A DNA stretch of 49,332 nucleotides, from the NCBI GenBank assembly GCA_009694095.1, contig SHVV01000003.1:1-49332 (forward strand). Reading direction: 5' to 3'. This document shows, one piece after another, positions 9,909 through 18,219 of this stretch. The position numbers were made by a program, and so were the translations under genes. A model generated the notes under the pieces. That model saw only the letters and a list, made by a program, of their open reading frames with translations. It was not told the DNA's origin and made no database searches. Source of the DNA: Alphaproteobacteria bacterium. Its GTDB lineage: Bacteria; Pseudomonadota; Alphaproteobacteria; SHVV01. Numbering within the stretch: position 1 is the first letter of the stretch; each line of letters begins with the position of its first letter.

Positions 9909-10472
9909 ATGTTCCACCGCAAAATTCTTGGGCGCGTTGGAGTTACCCGTCTAGCTGTTGCCGTTAGTCAAGCGCCGGCCGAGGCAAACGCCGCGCCGAT
10001 CACCCTCTCGATCGTCGGAACGGTCGCGAACGGTGCGCTCGCGGGCCAGACCGGAACGGGAATGGTGACCTAGGACTCCGATTTGGTGTCCGGGTCGGGA
10101 TTCGAGTTGCTCGGCGGAACCTCGTTCGATCTCGATTTCACGATTTTTGGTCAAACTTTCAGCGAACAAGACGACGTCGACTATTCGAATTTTCCTCGCC
10201 TCGGTGTACTCGATAGCGTTCCGTTTTTTCTCGACTTCGACGTCTCTGAAACCAACCCCGACAATCCGACCGATATCGTCCTTGGAAGCGTACTCGGATT
10301 TTCGATGTTCGATTTGTCGCTCGATGGCCGGACGCTTTACGGCGATGTATCCGTGACCTACGCCAGTCAAGTAGCGACGGTCCCGCTCCCGGCGGCACTG
10401 CCGTTGTTGGCGAGTGGACTTGCTGGACCGGGCTTCATGGGCTGGCGTCGGCGCAAAACGCAGACGTCGTAA
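9909..10472 (+). pseudogene. VPLPA-CTERM (PEP-CTERM-like) surface protein interrupted by an in-frame TAG
   Basis: Degenerate signal ..AEANA-API; TAG at 10071-10073 with the same frame continuing; C-terminus VPLPAALPLLASGLAGPGFMGWRRRK. Confidence 0.8.
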
Positions 10473-10540
10473 CGCGAACTAGATGGGCTCGCGTGCGAAC
10501 GGAGCGGCACAAAGCCGCCTCGTTTCATTTAGCGAAACGA

Positions 10541-10850
10541 TTATTGACGCCGATCGGCGTCACGGATGCGTTGCTCAATCTGCGTTCGTTCAGCTTCGAG
10601 CGTACGCAAGCGATCGCTCACGTCGCGATCGCCAAAGGCTTGCGCCCGGTCGAGTTCGCGAATACTGCCGGTGATTGCCGCGCGATAGCGCTCGGCCTCG
10701 TAGCGCCCGAATCACGCGACCGCGGCCCAAGCAGGTCCGATCGGGTCGTCGGCGAGCGCAAGGATTCTGACTGCACCGGGTTCAGGGTTTGCGCCGCCAC
10801 CGGGCCCGACAGCATCGACATCAAGAAGAGGGCAAGAATCCGTGTGCTTA
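10541..10850 (-). pseudogene. Possible frameshifted small exported coiled-coil protein
   Basis: Signal-like STRILALFLMSMLSGPVAAQ in one frame; helical RYEAERYRAAITGSIRELDRAQAFGDRDVSDRLRTLEAERTQIEQRIRDADRRQ* in another frame ending at TAA 10541. Confidence 0.3.
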
Positions 10851-10966
10851 TTCGCGGCCTCGAGTCTTGCAGACCAAACGCTTCGAAACACCGACCTTTA
10901 TTGAAATGGCACCGAACATGAACTAATCCCAGTTAACCGCCCGCGAATTTATCGGAAGCAACGCCA

Positions 10967-11314
10967 ATGACGGTCGCGCGCCTCAAGACCCGAATCTGGG
11001 TACAAGCGCAGATAAGGCTCTGCGACATCAAAGCGCTTCCGATCGTCGTTGAGCACCGGGGCGACCCCGATGCCGGAACCGTCGTTTTACGGCTGCGCCG
11101 TCGCGACGGCCGTTCGTTGTTGCTGCGCCGCGCGACGTCATTCGAAGGCGAGCCCGCATGGATGGCGGTTGGCGGCGGCCCGGACCTCGACGCCGCCGCT
11201 GCCGATGGCTACATCGCACGCGAACTCGCACGCGACCGCGACCTATGGGTGCTCGAGATCGAGGACTTCGATCACCGCTACGAGCTGGACGGGCCGGTTG
11301 CGGCGGTGCGTTGA
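10967..11314 (+). CDS. DUF1491 family protein
   Basis: RLKTRIWVQAQIRLC..RGDPDAGTV..ADGYIARELARDRDLWVLEIED. Confidence 0.88.
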   Translation: MTVARLKTRIWVQAQIRLCDIKALPIVVEHRGDPDAGTVVLRLRRRDGRSLLLRRATSFEGEPAWMAVGGGPDLDAAAADGYIARELARDRDLWVLEIEDFDHRYELDGPVAAVR

Positions 11315-11403
11315 CCCCGATCCGGCGAAAACCCAACCGGCAAGCCTTTAATTAACCATCTCCTCGGACAATCCGAAGTGGGCAAACCCGGATCCGTATT
11401 GTC

Positions 11404-12576
11404 GTGAACCGGCAAAAAGCGCTCGACACTGCCGCGCGACGGCAGAACGCCGGCGATTTCCTCGCCGCACAGGAGCTCTATCGCCAAGTCCTCGCCGCCG
11501 CCGCCGACAACGTGCAAGCGCTCTCCAATATGGGCAGCGTCCATCAAATGAACGGCGAGCTCGAGGCCGCCGCTGCGTGTTTTCGCCATGTCGTCGCGTT
11601 GGCGCCGGAGGCGGCCGAAGTGCACAGCCGGCTTGGTGTCGTCCTTCTCCAACTTGGCGACGCCGCGAAAGCCAGCCACCACCTTGAAGCGGCGGTCGCG
11701 CTCAAGCCCGACGACGTCGCGGCACTCAATAACCCCGCCAACGCGCTCGCCGCCTTGAACGATCGCGACGGCGCCATCGCTTGCCTCCGTCGAGCGATTG
11801 CCACGCGTCCGACCGCCGTAGAACCGCTTGAGAAGCTGGCGTGGCTCCTGATCGAGAGCAGCCGGTGAGATGAAGCCCTACAACTACTCAGTGCCGCGAC
11901 CGAAGCGGCGCCGGCCAACGGCGCGCTGACGCTCGGGAAGACGCACGTCGAACTCGACCTCGGCCTTGCCGAACAAGCGGCGGCCTCGGCGAGGGCATGC
12001 ATCAAAATTACCCCGACCGCGGAGGACCACTATCTCCAAGGATTGGCTTTCGCGCATGCCGGCGCTCCGGGCAATGTAGTGAAGGCGTTTCAGGCCGCGA
12101 TCCTCCTCGCGCCGGACAATTTAGCGGTTCATTTCCAGTTCGGGTTCGCGCTTCGGCGCATGGGTCGTCTCGACGACGCCGAAGATGCGGCGGTTCACGC
12201 GCTTGCACTCAATTCGCAGCCGGCGCCCGCCGTTGCGCTGGTCGCTTCGATCGTGCGCGACAAGGGCGAGGTAGAACGCGCGGAGCAGTACTTCCGTCGC
12301 GCGATCGGGATCGATCCGACCGACAGAGATATCGCCTACGACATCCTCTCGGCGTACGCCGCGCGGAGTGGTATTCCCGTGCTCATCAACACTAGCTTCA
12401 ACGTACACGAAGAGCCGATCATCAACACGCCGGGCGAGTGCCTAACCGCCCTGCGCGAGGGTCGGATCGACTATGTCGCGACCGCGCGGCCGGAGTCTAC
12501 GCCAGGGCGTGACGCCGAGATCCTGGTACGGCGATCGAGGCAGTATCATGCGCCCTGCTCCCGTACCAAGATATAG
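11404..12576 (+). pseudogene. TPR-repeat protein with an internal TGA, fused to a carbamoyltransferase C-terminal fragment
   Basis: TPRs from 11404; TGA at 11866-11868; same frame continues with more TPRs; then YDILSAYAARSGIPVLINTSFNVHEEPIINTP (NodU/CmcH C-terminal NTSFN motif). Confidence 0.78.
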
Positions 12577-12652
12577 GGTTCGCGACTGACACCATTATCG
12601 CGGTTTTCGAGTAAGGTGGGACTCGAGAAACCATACGATCGGGGGAGGGGTC

Positions 12653-13393
12653 ATGATCGAACGTAAGATCGACATCAAAACGAAAGACGGGGCGTTGAAT
12701 ACGTTCATCACTCATCCCGACGAAGGTGGGCCATTCCCTGCGGTATTGTTCTATCAGGACGCGCCCGGCATTCGCGAAGAGCTATTCGAGATGGCACGCC
12801 GCCTCGGGACCGTCGGTTACTATGTGATGCTGCCGAACCTCTACTACCGCAAGGTGCGCGACATCGTCATCGACGGCAATCAAGCCGATATCGAGAACAG
12901 TTACGACTATAGGAAGATGTTCGAGCTCATGCTGGCGACCTCGAACACGATGCCGGTCGAGGATACTCAAGCGATGTTCGACCACCTCGACCGTGAACCG
13001 ATGGTGCGCAAGGGGTCGGTCGGCGCGCTCGGCTATTGCATGGGCGGCCGGTTCGCGACCTGCGCCGCCGCCCGCTATCCGCGAATTGCGGTGATCGCGA
13101 CTTATTGCGCGACCTGGATGGTCAATGACAAGCCCGATTCGGCTCACCTCGTCGCCGACCAAATCAAAGGCGAGATCTACTTCGGCGTGGCGGAAAAGGA
13201 CGACTATTTTCCGCCCGAGCAGATCGAGGAGATTCGCCGCCGATTGACCGCTGGCGGCGTCAAGCACCGCTTTGAAACCTATCCCGGGACCCGACATGCC
13301 TTTGCTTTCCGCGACCGCGACACCCACGTCACCGCCGCCGAAGAACGCCACTGGGAGCGGATGTTCTCGCTGTTCCGCCGTCACCTCGGCTAA
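12653..13393 (+). CDS. Dienelactone hydrolase family protein
   Basis: GPFPAVLFYQDAPGIR, PNLYYR, nucleophile motif GYCMGG, YPGTRHAF. Confidence 0.92.
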   Translation: MIERKIDIKTKDGALNTFITHPDEGGPFPAVLFYQDAPGIREELFEMARRLGTVGYYVMLPNLYYRKVRDIVIDGNQADIENSYDYRKMFELMLATSNTMPVEDTQAMFDHLDREPMVRKGSVGALGYCMGGRFATCAAARYPRIAVIATYCATWMVNDKPDSAHLVADQIKGEIYFGVAEKDDYFPPEQIEEIRRRLTAGGVKHRFETYPGTRHAFAFRDRDTHVTAAEERHWERMFSLFRRHLG

Positions 13394-13404
13394 GTGAGCG
13401 CGAC

Positions 13405-13617
13405 GTGGCGGACACAGAAGGCCCAGACGTTGAGCGAATCGACATCGTCTTTAGCGAAGCGTTGGAGAAGCTGCAGGCCGAAGGCGTCAATCAACGCGTT
13501 TTCGGTGTCGCATTGCTCGAGTTGGGCGTCACCGCGCTGGCACTGGCTGGAGAAAGCCAGGCCCGCATTCTCGAGCAAGCGCAGACGATCTTCGGCAAAG
13601 TGGCTCCGCTGCGGTAG
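13405..13617 (+). CDS. Small hypothetical protein
   Basis: 70-aa ORF filling the gap between two co-oriented genes; amphipathic helical pattern. Confidence 0.55.
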   Translation: MADTEGPDVERIDIVFSEALEKLQAEGVNQRVFGVALLELGVTALALAGESQARILEQAQTIFGKVAPLR

Positions 13618-13650
13618 TCGAGCCGCTGCTGAGCGCCGCGCGCACGCCTC

Positions 13651-14793
13651 ATGACGATTCCGGCCGACTCGCCCCTTGGGCTGTATCGAGCTAAGCGCCA
13701 CGCTGGCGAGTTGCGACCGGATTCAGCCCAAGAACTTGCGATCGAAAAGCTGCAACTGCTCTACGGCCGCCTCAAGCACCATGGGCCCCGGCAGGTATCG
13801 CGGTGGCAGGAACTCCTGCGCTTGAAGCGCCGCGAGGAACCACTGAAAGGTCTGTATTTCGTTGGCGATGTCGGTCGCGGCAAGACCATGGTGATGGACC
13901 TTTTCTTCGAGACCGCGCCAGTGATGGCCAAACGCCGGACGCATTTCCACGCGTTCATGCGCGACGCCCACGAACGGATCAACCGTTTCCGGCGCGACTT
14001 CCGACCGAGCGGCAGCGATCCGGTGCTGGCGAGTGCCGAAGAAATCGCCGGCCAGGCTTGGCTCCTATGCTTCGACGAGATGGAAGTGCGCGACGTCGCC
14101 GACGCGATGATACTCAGTCGCCTATTCACCCAACTTTTCGAGCACGGCGTGGTCGTCGTCGCAACCTCGAATCGAGCGCCCGACGATCTCTATCAGGGCG
14201 GACTCAACCGCGAGCTGTTTCTGCCATTCATCGACACGATCAAGGAGAAAATGGAGGTCGTTGAGCTCGGAGGTCATACCGACTATCGGCTCAATCGAAT
14301 TGTTGGTAAGCCAGTGTACCACACGCCGCTCGGCCAAACGGCCGATCGAGCGTTAGCGGAAGCGTTCGTCCAATTGACCGATGCCGAGCGTGGCGACCCC
14401 AGCGAAATAGAGATCAAAGGTCGAAAAATCGCGGTCTCCGAGCAAGCAAAGGGCGTCGCTCGCTTTACCTTCCAGGATCTTTGCGAACGACCGCTTGCCG
14501 CGGCTGATTACCTCGCTATTTCCGAGCATTATCACACCGTCATTCTCGCCAATATCCCCAGCCTGGGACCCGAGAAAAGGAACGAAGCGCGCCGGCTCGC
14601 GAACTTGATCGACGTATTGTACGACAACAGGATCAAGCTCGTTTGTTCGGCTGCCGCGGCGCCGGCCGAGCTATACCCCCACGGGGACGGTACGTTCGAA
14701 TTCTCGCGCACGGTATCGCGCCTGACCGAAATGCAGTCCGAATCCTACGTCTCGGCGCCGCACCCCGATCGTTTCAACGCCATCCGCGCCTAG
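13651..14793 (+). CDS. zapE: Cell division ATPase ZapE (AFG1 family)
   Basis: KGLYFVGDVGRGKTMVMDLFF, HFHAFM, LCFDEMEV.DVADAMIL, TSNRAPDDLY.GGLNRELFLPFI, FEFSRTVSRLTEMQS. Confidence 0.95.
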   Translation: MTIPADSPLGLYRAKRHAGELRPDSAQELAIEKLQLLYGRLKHHGPRQVSRWQELLRLKRREEPLKGLYFVGDVGRGKTMVMDLFFETAPVMAKRRTHFHAFMRDAHERINRFRRDFRPSGSDPVLASAEEIAGQAWLLCFDEMEVRDVADAMILSRLFTQLFEHGVVVVATSNRAPDDLYQGGLNRELFLPFIDTIKEKMEVVELGGHTDYRLNRIVGKPVYHTPLGQTADRALAEAFVQLTDAERGDPSEIEIKGRKIAVSEQAKGVARFTFQDLCERPLAAADYLAISEHYHTVILANIPSLGPEKRNEARRLANLIDVLYDNRIKLVCSAAAAPAELYPHGDGTFEFSRTVSRLTEMQSESYVSAPHPDRFNAIRA

Positions 14794-14849
14794 CCGCACG
14801 CGCGCGCCTGCAAACGACTCGCAGCAGCCTCGTTTTACGTACGTGACCG

Positions 14850-14878
14850 TTGACACTTCCTGTCTGCGACCCGATTCT
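14850..14878 (+). promoter_or_regulatory. Candidate sigma70 promoter of the redox operon
   Basis: TTGACA (14850-14855)-N17-GATTCT, about 80 bp upstream of ATG14959; the -10 match is weak. Confidence 0.4.
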
Positions 14879-14958
14879 AAGCCATTGAAAAATAATCGCC
14901 TTCGGTCATAGAGTGGCGCGGTCCCGGGCGTAGGGTAGCGATGATGGGAGATTAGAGA

Positions 14959-17340
14959 ATGGCCGGTAAGTTTAAGGTCGCCATCGTCGGATCGGGACCT
15001 GCTGGAATGAGTGCCGGCGGCCGCGCTGCGGAAACCAACGTCTCGCACATCTTGTTTGAGAAATCCGACCACCTGTCGGACACCATCTATAAATACCAAA
15101 AAGGCAAGTTCGTCATGGCTACGCCAGACGTCTTGCCGCTGCGAAGCCCGATGACGTTCCAAGCCGGGATCCGCGAGGACATCCTGGGAACCTGGGACAA
15201 AGAAGCGGCGAAGCACAAGGTCAACGTCCGCTTCAAGAGCGAAGTCGTCGCGATCAAAGGACAAAAAGGGAACTTCGAACTCCGCGTCCAGGGCGGCGGC
15301 GATATCGTGGCCGAGTACGTAATCCTTTGCATCGGACTGCAGGGTAACCTGCGCAAACTCGAATGCGAGGGCGCCGACCGTCCCTGGGTGCAGTATCAAC
15401 TGGACGATCCCGACGCATACTCGGACGAAACCATCGTCGTGATTGGCGCCGGCGACGCGGCGATCGAAAATGCGGTTGCGCTTGCCAAGCAAAACAAAGT
15501 GATTATCGTCAACCGCCGCGATGAATTCGCCCGCGTCAAACAGGGCAATCTCAATCTGATCGCCGAAGCGATCGATAAGGGAATCATCGAGTGCTACTAC
15601 AACTCGGAACCGGGACACATCGGCGACAACTATCTTCTGCTGAAGACCGCCGAGGGCGAAGCCAAGATCGAGTGTAACCGCATCATCGCCCGACTTGGCG
15701 CCGACCCGCCGCGCCGATTCGTTGAATCGTGCGGCATCAAGTTTCCGAGCAAGGATCGCGCCGCGCTGCCCGAGCTTTCCGGGTCCTACGAGTCGAACGT
15801 TCCCGGCCTTTATATTCTCGGCGCCCTCGGCGGCTATCCGCTGATCAAGCAGGCGATGAACCAGGGCTACGAAGTTATCGAGTTCATCGAGGGGCGACCG
15901 GTCAAGCCAGCCGATGAGCCGCTGCTCGAATCAAAGTTCGCCAACATCAACGTGCCGGTCGAGGAGATGTTGCAGCGCATTCGGCAAAACGTACCGCTTC
16001 TTAGCGGCCTAACGACGCTGCAGTTGCGCGAGTTCATGATCGACTCGAATGTTCATACGCCGCGTCGCGGCGACGTTATTTTCCATCGCAACGACTACAC
16101 CAACAGCTTTTTCTCGATCGTCCAAGGCAATGTTGATATTCAGATCAATCCCACCAACACGGCGGAGGTGGTCGGCCTGGGACAGGGCCAATTCTTCGGC
16201 GAGATGGGCTTGATTTCAGGGCGGCGACGGACGGCAACGACAATTTCGGCGTCTGATGATTGCGTTCTCATCGAAACCCCGCGCCGATCGATGATCAAGC
16301 TGGTCAATTCTGTCGCCGCGGTGAAAAAGGTCCTCGATCAGACCGCGATGGCGCGGCAGATCCAGACCCATCTCGCCCCGGCCGTTCCGACGAGCGAGCT
16401 GCAGGAAGTCGTCGAGAGCGCGAAGATCGAGAGTTACCCGGCGGGTCACGTCATCTTCAACGAAGGAGACCAAGGCGACGCCGTCTACCTGATACGTCGC
16501 GGATCGGTCACCGTATCGCGCTCGATCGCCGGTCGGAATCTCGTGTTATCGTACGTACCCGCGGGCAACTACGTCGGCGAGATGGCTCTGCTCTCGCGCA
16601 AACCACGATCGGCGACGATCAAGACCGCCGTGGCGACCGAAGCGGTCAGGCTCGACGGTTCGGCGTTCAACAAGGTGCTCGACAAATATCCCGACCTGCG
16701 GCGACGTCTCGAGGCAAAATACGACCAACGTTTGGTCGAGAACGTGCGCATGGAGGCCTCGCCCGAGAGTGGCAGCCTCATTGAGTTTTTGGTCGCCCAG
16801 GGTGTCGGCGAAGCCACCGACGTACTTCTGATCGACGAGTCGCTCTGCGTACGCTGCGACAACTGCGAAAAAGCTTGCGCCGAAACCCACGGCGGAACCT
16901 CGCGGCTCGATCGCGAAGCTGGTCCAACCTTTGCCTCGCTTCACGTGCCGACGAGCTGCCGCCACTGCGAGCATCCGCATTGCATGGCTGATTGCCCGGC
17001 CGACGCCATTCACCGGGCCTCGAACGGCGAAGTCTTCATCGACGATAAATGCATCGGCTGCGGCAATTGCGAACGCAATTGTCCGTACCAGGTCATTCAC
17101 ATGGCGGCTAAACCACCCGCCAAACCAGGGTTGCTGCAGTGGTTGTTATTCGGCATGGGGCCGGGCCCCGGCGAAGACCTGGAAGCAAAGAAAATCAAGA
17201 GCAGTTCGCCAAAACTTGCCGTCAAATGCGACATGTGCAAGGACTTGGCGGCGGGTCCAGCGTGCGTTCGGGCTTGTCCGACGGGCGCGGCGATCCGCGT
17301 CAATCCAGAAGATTTTTTTGCGTTGACCATTAGAGGCTGA
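14959..17340 (+). CDS. Fusion: TrxB/YpdA-like FAD-NAD(P)H oxidoreductase + two cNMP-binding domains + 4x[4Fe-4S] ferredoxin domain
   Basis: AIVGSGPAGMSA (FAD), VIGAGDAAIENA..VNRR (pyridine nucleotide), ESNVPGLYILG; cNMP cassettes FFGEMGLISGRRRTAT and YVGEMALLSRKPRSAT; CVRCDNCEKAC, CRHCEHPHCMADCP, CIGCGNCERNCP, CDMC..PACVRACP. Confidence 0.9.
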   Translation: MAGKFKVAIVGSGPAGMSAGGRAAETNVSHILFEKSDHLSDTIYKYQKGKFVMATPDVLPLRSPMTFQAGIREDILGTWDKEAAKHKVNVRFKSEVVAIKGQKGNFELRVQGGGDIVAEYVILCIGLQGNLRKLECEGADRPWVQYQLDDPDAYSDETIVVIGAGDAAIENAVALAKQNKVIIVNRRDEFARVKQGNLNLIAEAIDKGIIECYYNSEPGHIGDNYLLLKTAEGEAKIECNRIIARLGADPPRRFVESCGIKFPSKDRAALPELSGSYESNVPGLYILGALGGYPLIKQAMNQGYEVIEFIEGRPVKPADEPLLESKFANINVPVEEMLQRIRQNVPLLSGLTTLQLREFMIDSNVHTPRRGDVIFHRNDYTNSFFSIVQGNVDIQINPTNTAEVVGLGQGQFFGEMGLISGRRRTATTISASDDCVLIETPRRSMIKLVNSVAAVKKVLDQTAMARQIQTHLAPAVPTSELQEVVESAKIESYPAGHVIFNEGDQGDAVYLIRRGSVTVSRSIAGRNLVLSYVPAGNYVGEMALLSRKPRSATIKTAVATEAVRLDGSAFNKVLDKYPDLRRRLEAKYDQRLVENVRMEASPESGSLIEFLVAQGVGEATDVLLIDESLCVRCDNCEKACAETHGGTSRLDREAGPTFASLHVPTSCRHCEHPHCMADCPADAIHRASNGEVFIDDKCIGCGNCERNCPYQVIHMAAKPPAKPGLLQWLLFGMGPGPGEDLEAKKIKSSSPKLAVKCDMCKDLAAGPACVRACPTGAAIRVNPEDFFALTIRG

Positions 17341-17382
17341 GCGCTTCAGGGCGCCGCCGAGGGGCGGTACGCGGGTGGGAGA

Positions 17383-18210
17383 ATGCACGAGTCTATCTTA
17401 GTTTATCGACATTTCCGTTACCTTAAGTGGGCGGTAACGCTGACCGTGGTCGCAATTCTGGCGTATGTTTTTCACACGCCTGGCGAACCCGCGAACGGCG
17501 GCACGTGGCTTGGGTACACGTTAGGCGGGATCGGCGCTGGCCTCATTTTTTGGCTGGCGTGGTTCGGTATGCGAAAACGCGACTATGCCAAGCCGACCGG
17601 CAAACTCGAAGACTGGCTTTCGGCCCACATCTACCTCGGCTTGTCGCTGATTTTCATCGCCACGCTCCACTCCGGATTCCAGTTTGGCTGGAACGTTCAT
17701 ACGCTGGCATACGTCCTCATGATGCTCGTGATCGCTTCTGGCGCGTTCGGGCTTTACGCCTATATCCGCTACCCGCGGCTGATGACCGACAACCGTCGCG
17801 GTACGACGCTCGATGCGATGATCGTCGAAATGGCCGAGGCCGACCGGGAGATTCGCGAATTGGCCGCGAAAATGAGCGACGAGATACGCGATCTCGTTTT
17901 CGACGCAATCGACAACACCACCATCGGTGGCGGCGTTCGCCGCCAGCTCGAGCCGGGTCGCTCCGGCCGTACCGTCGCGGCAATCGACAAAGTACGCAGT
18001 GCGTTTGCGTCGGGGGCGCGCGACCAGACCGAAACCTCGCGCCGTCTTATCTCGCTGCTAACGCGCAAGAATGAGCTTGTCGTGCGGGCGCGCAACGACG
18101 TCATGTACAAAGCAATGATGGATGTTTGGCTGTACGTCCACGTGCCGCTTTCGTTCGCTTTGCTCGTGGCCTTGGTCGCCCACGTCATCGCCGTTTTTTT
18201 CTACTGGTAG
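17383..18210 (+). CDS. Integral membrane protein, probable di-heme cytochrome b (ferric-reductase-like TM domain)
   Basis: About 5 TM helices; two of them carry His pairs 14 residues apart (WLSAH..ATLH, codons 17626/17668; WLYVH..LVAH, codons 18139/18181). Confidence 0.75.
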   Translation: MHESILVYRHFRYLKWAVTLTVVAILAYVFHTPGEPANGGTWLGYTLGGIGAGLIFWLAWFGMRKRDYAKPTGKLEDWLSAHIYLGLSLIFIATLHSGFQFGWNVHTLAYVLMMLVIASGAFGLYAYIRYPRLMTDNRRGTTLDAMIVEMAEADREIRELAAKMSDEIRDLVFDAIDNTTIGGGVRRQLEPGRSGRTVAAIDKVRSAFASGARDQTETSRRLISLLTRKNELVVRARNDVMYKAMMDVWLYVHVPLSFALLVALVAHVIAVFFYW

Positions 18211-18219
18211 GGTAGACCC

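Noticed and set aside
11866-11868. Selenocysteine at the TGA in the TPR gene
   Set aside because: The position is a TPR helix start (SR*DEAL), not a redox Cys site, and no obvious SECIS-like hairpin follows
14842-14857. CRP/Clr-like site CGTGA-N6-ACACT overlapping the -35 of the redox operon
   Set aside because: Only 7/10 match to TGTGA-N6-TCACA; attractive given the cNMP domains but not distinguishable from chance without comparative data
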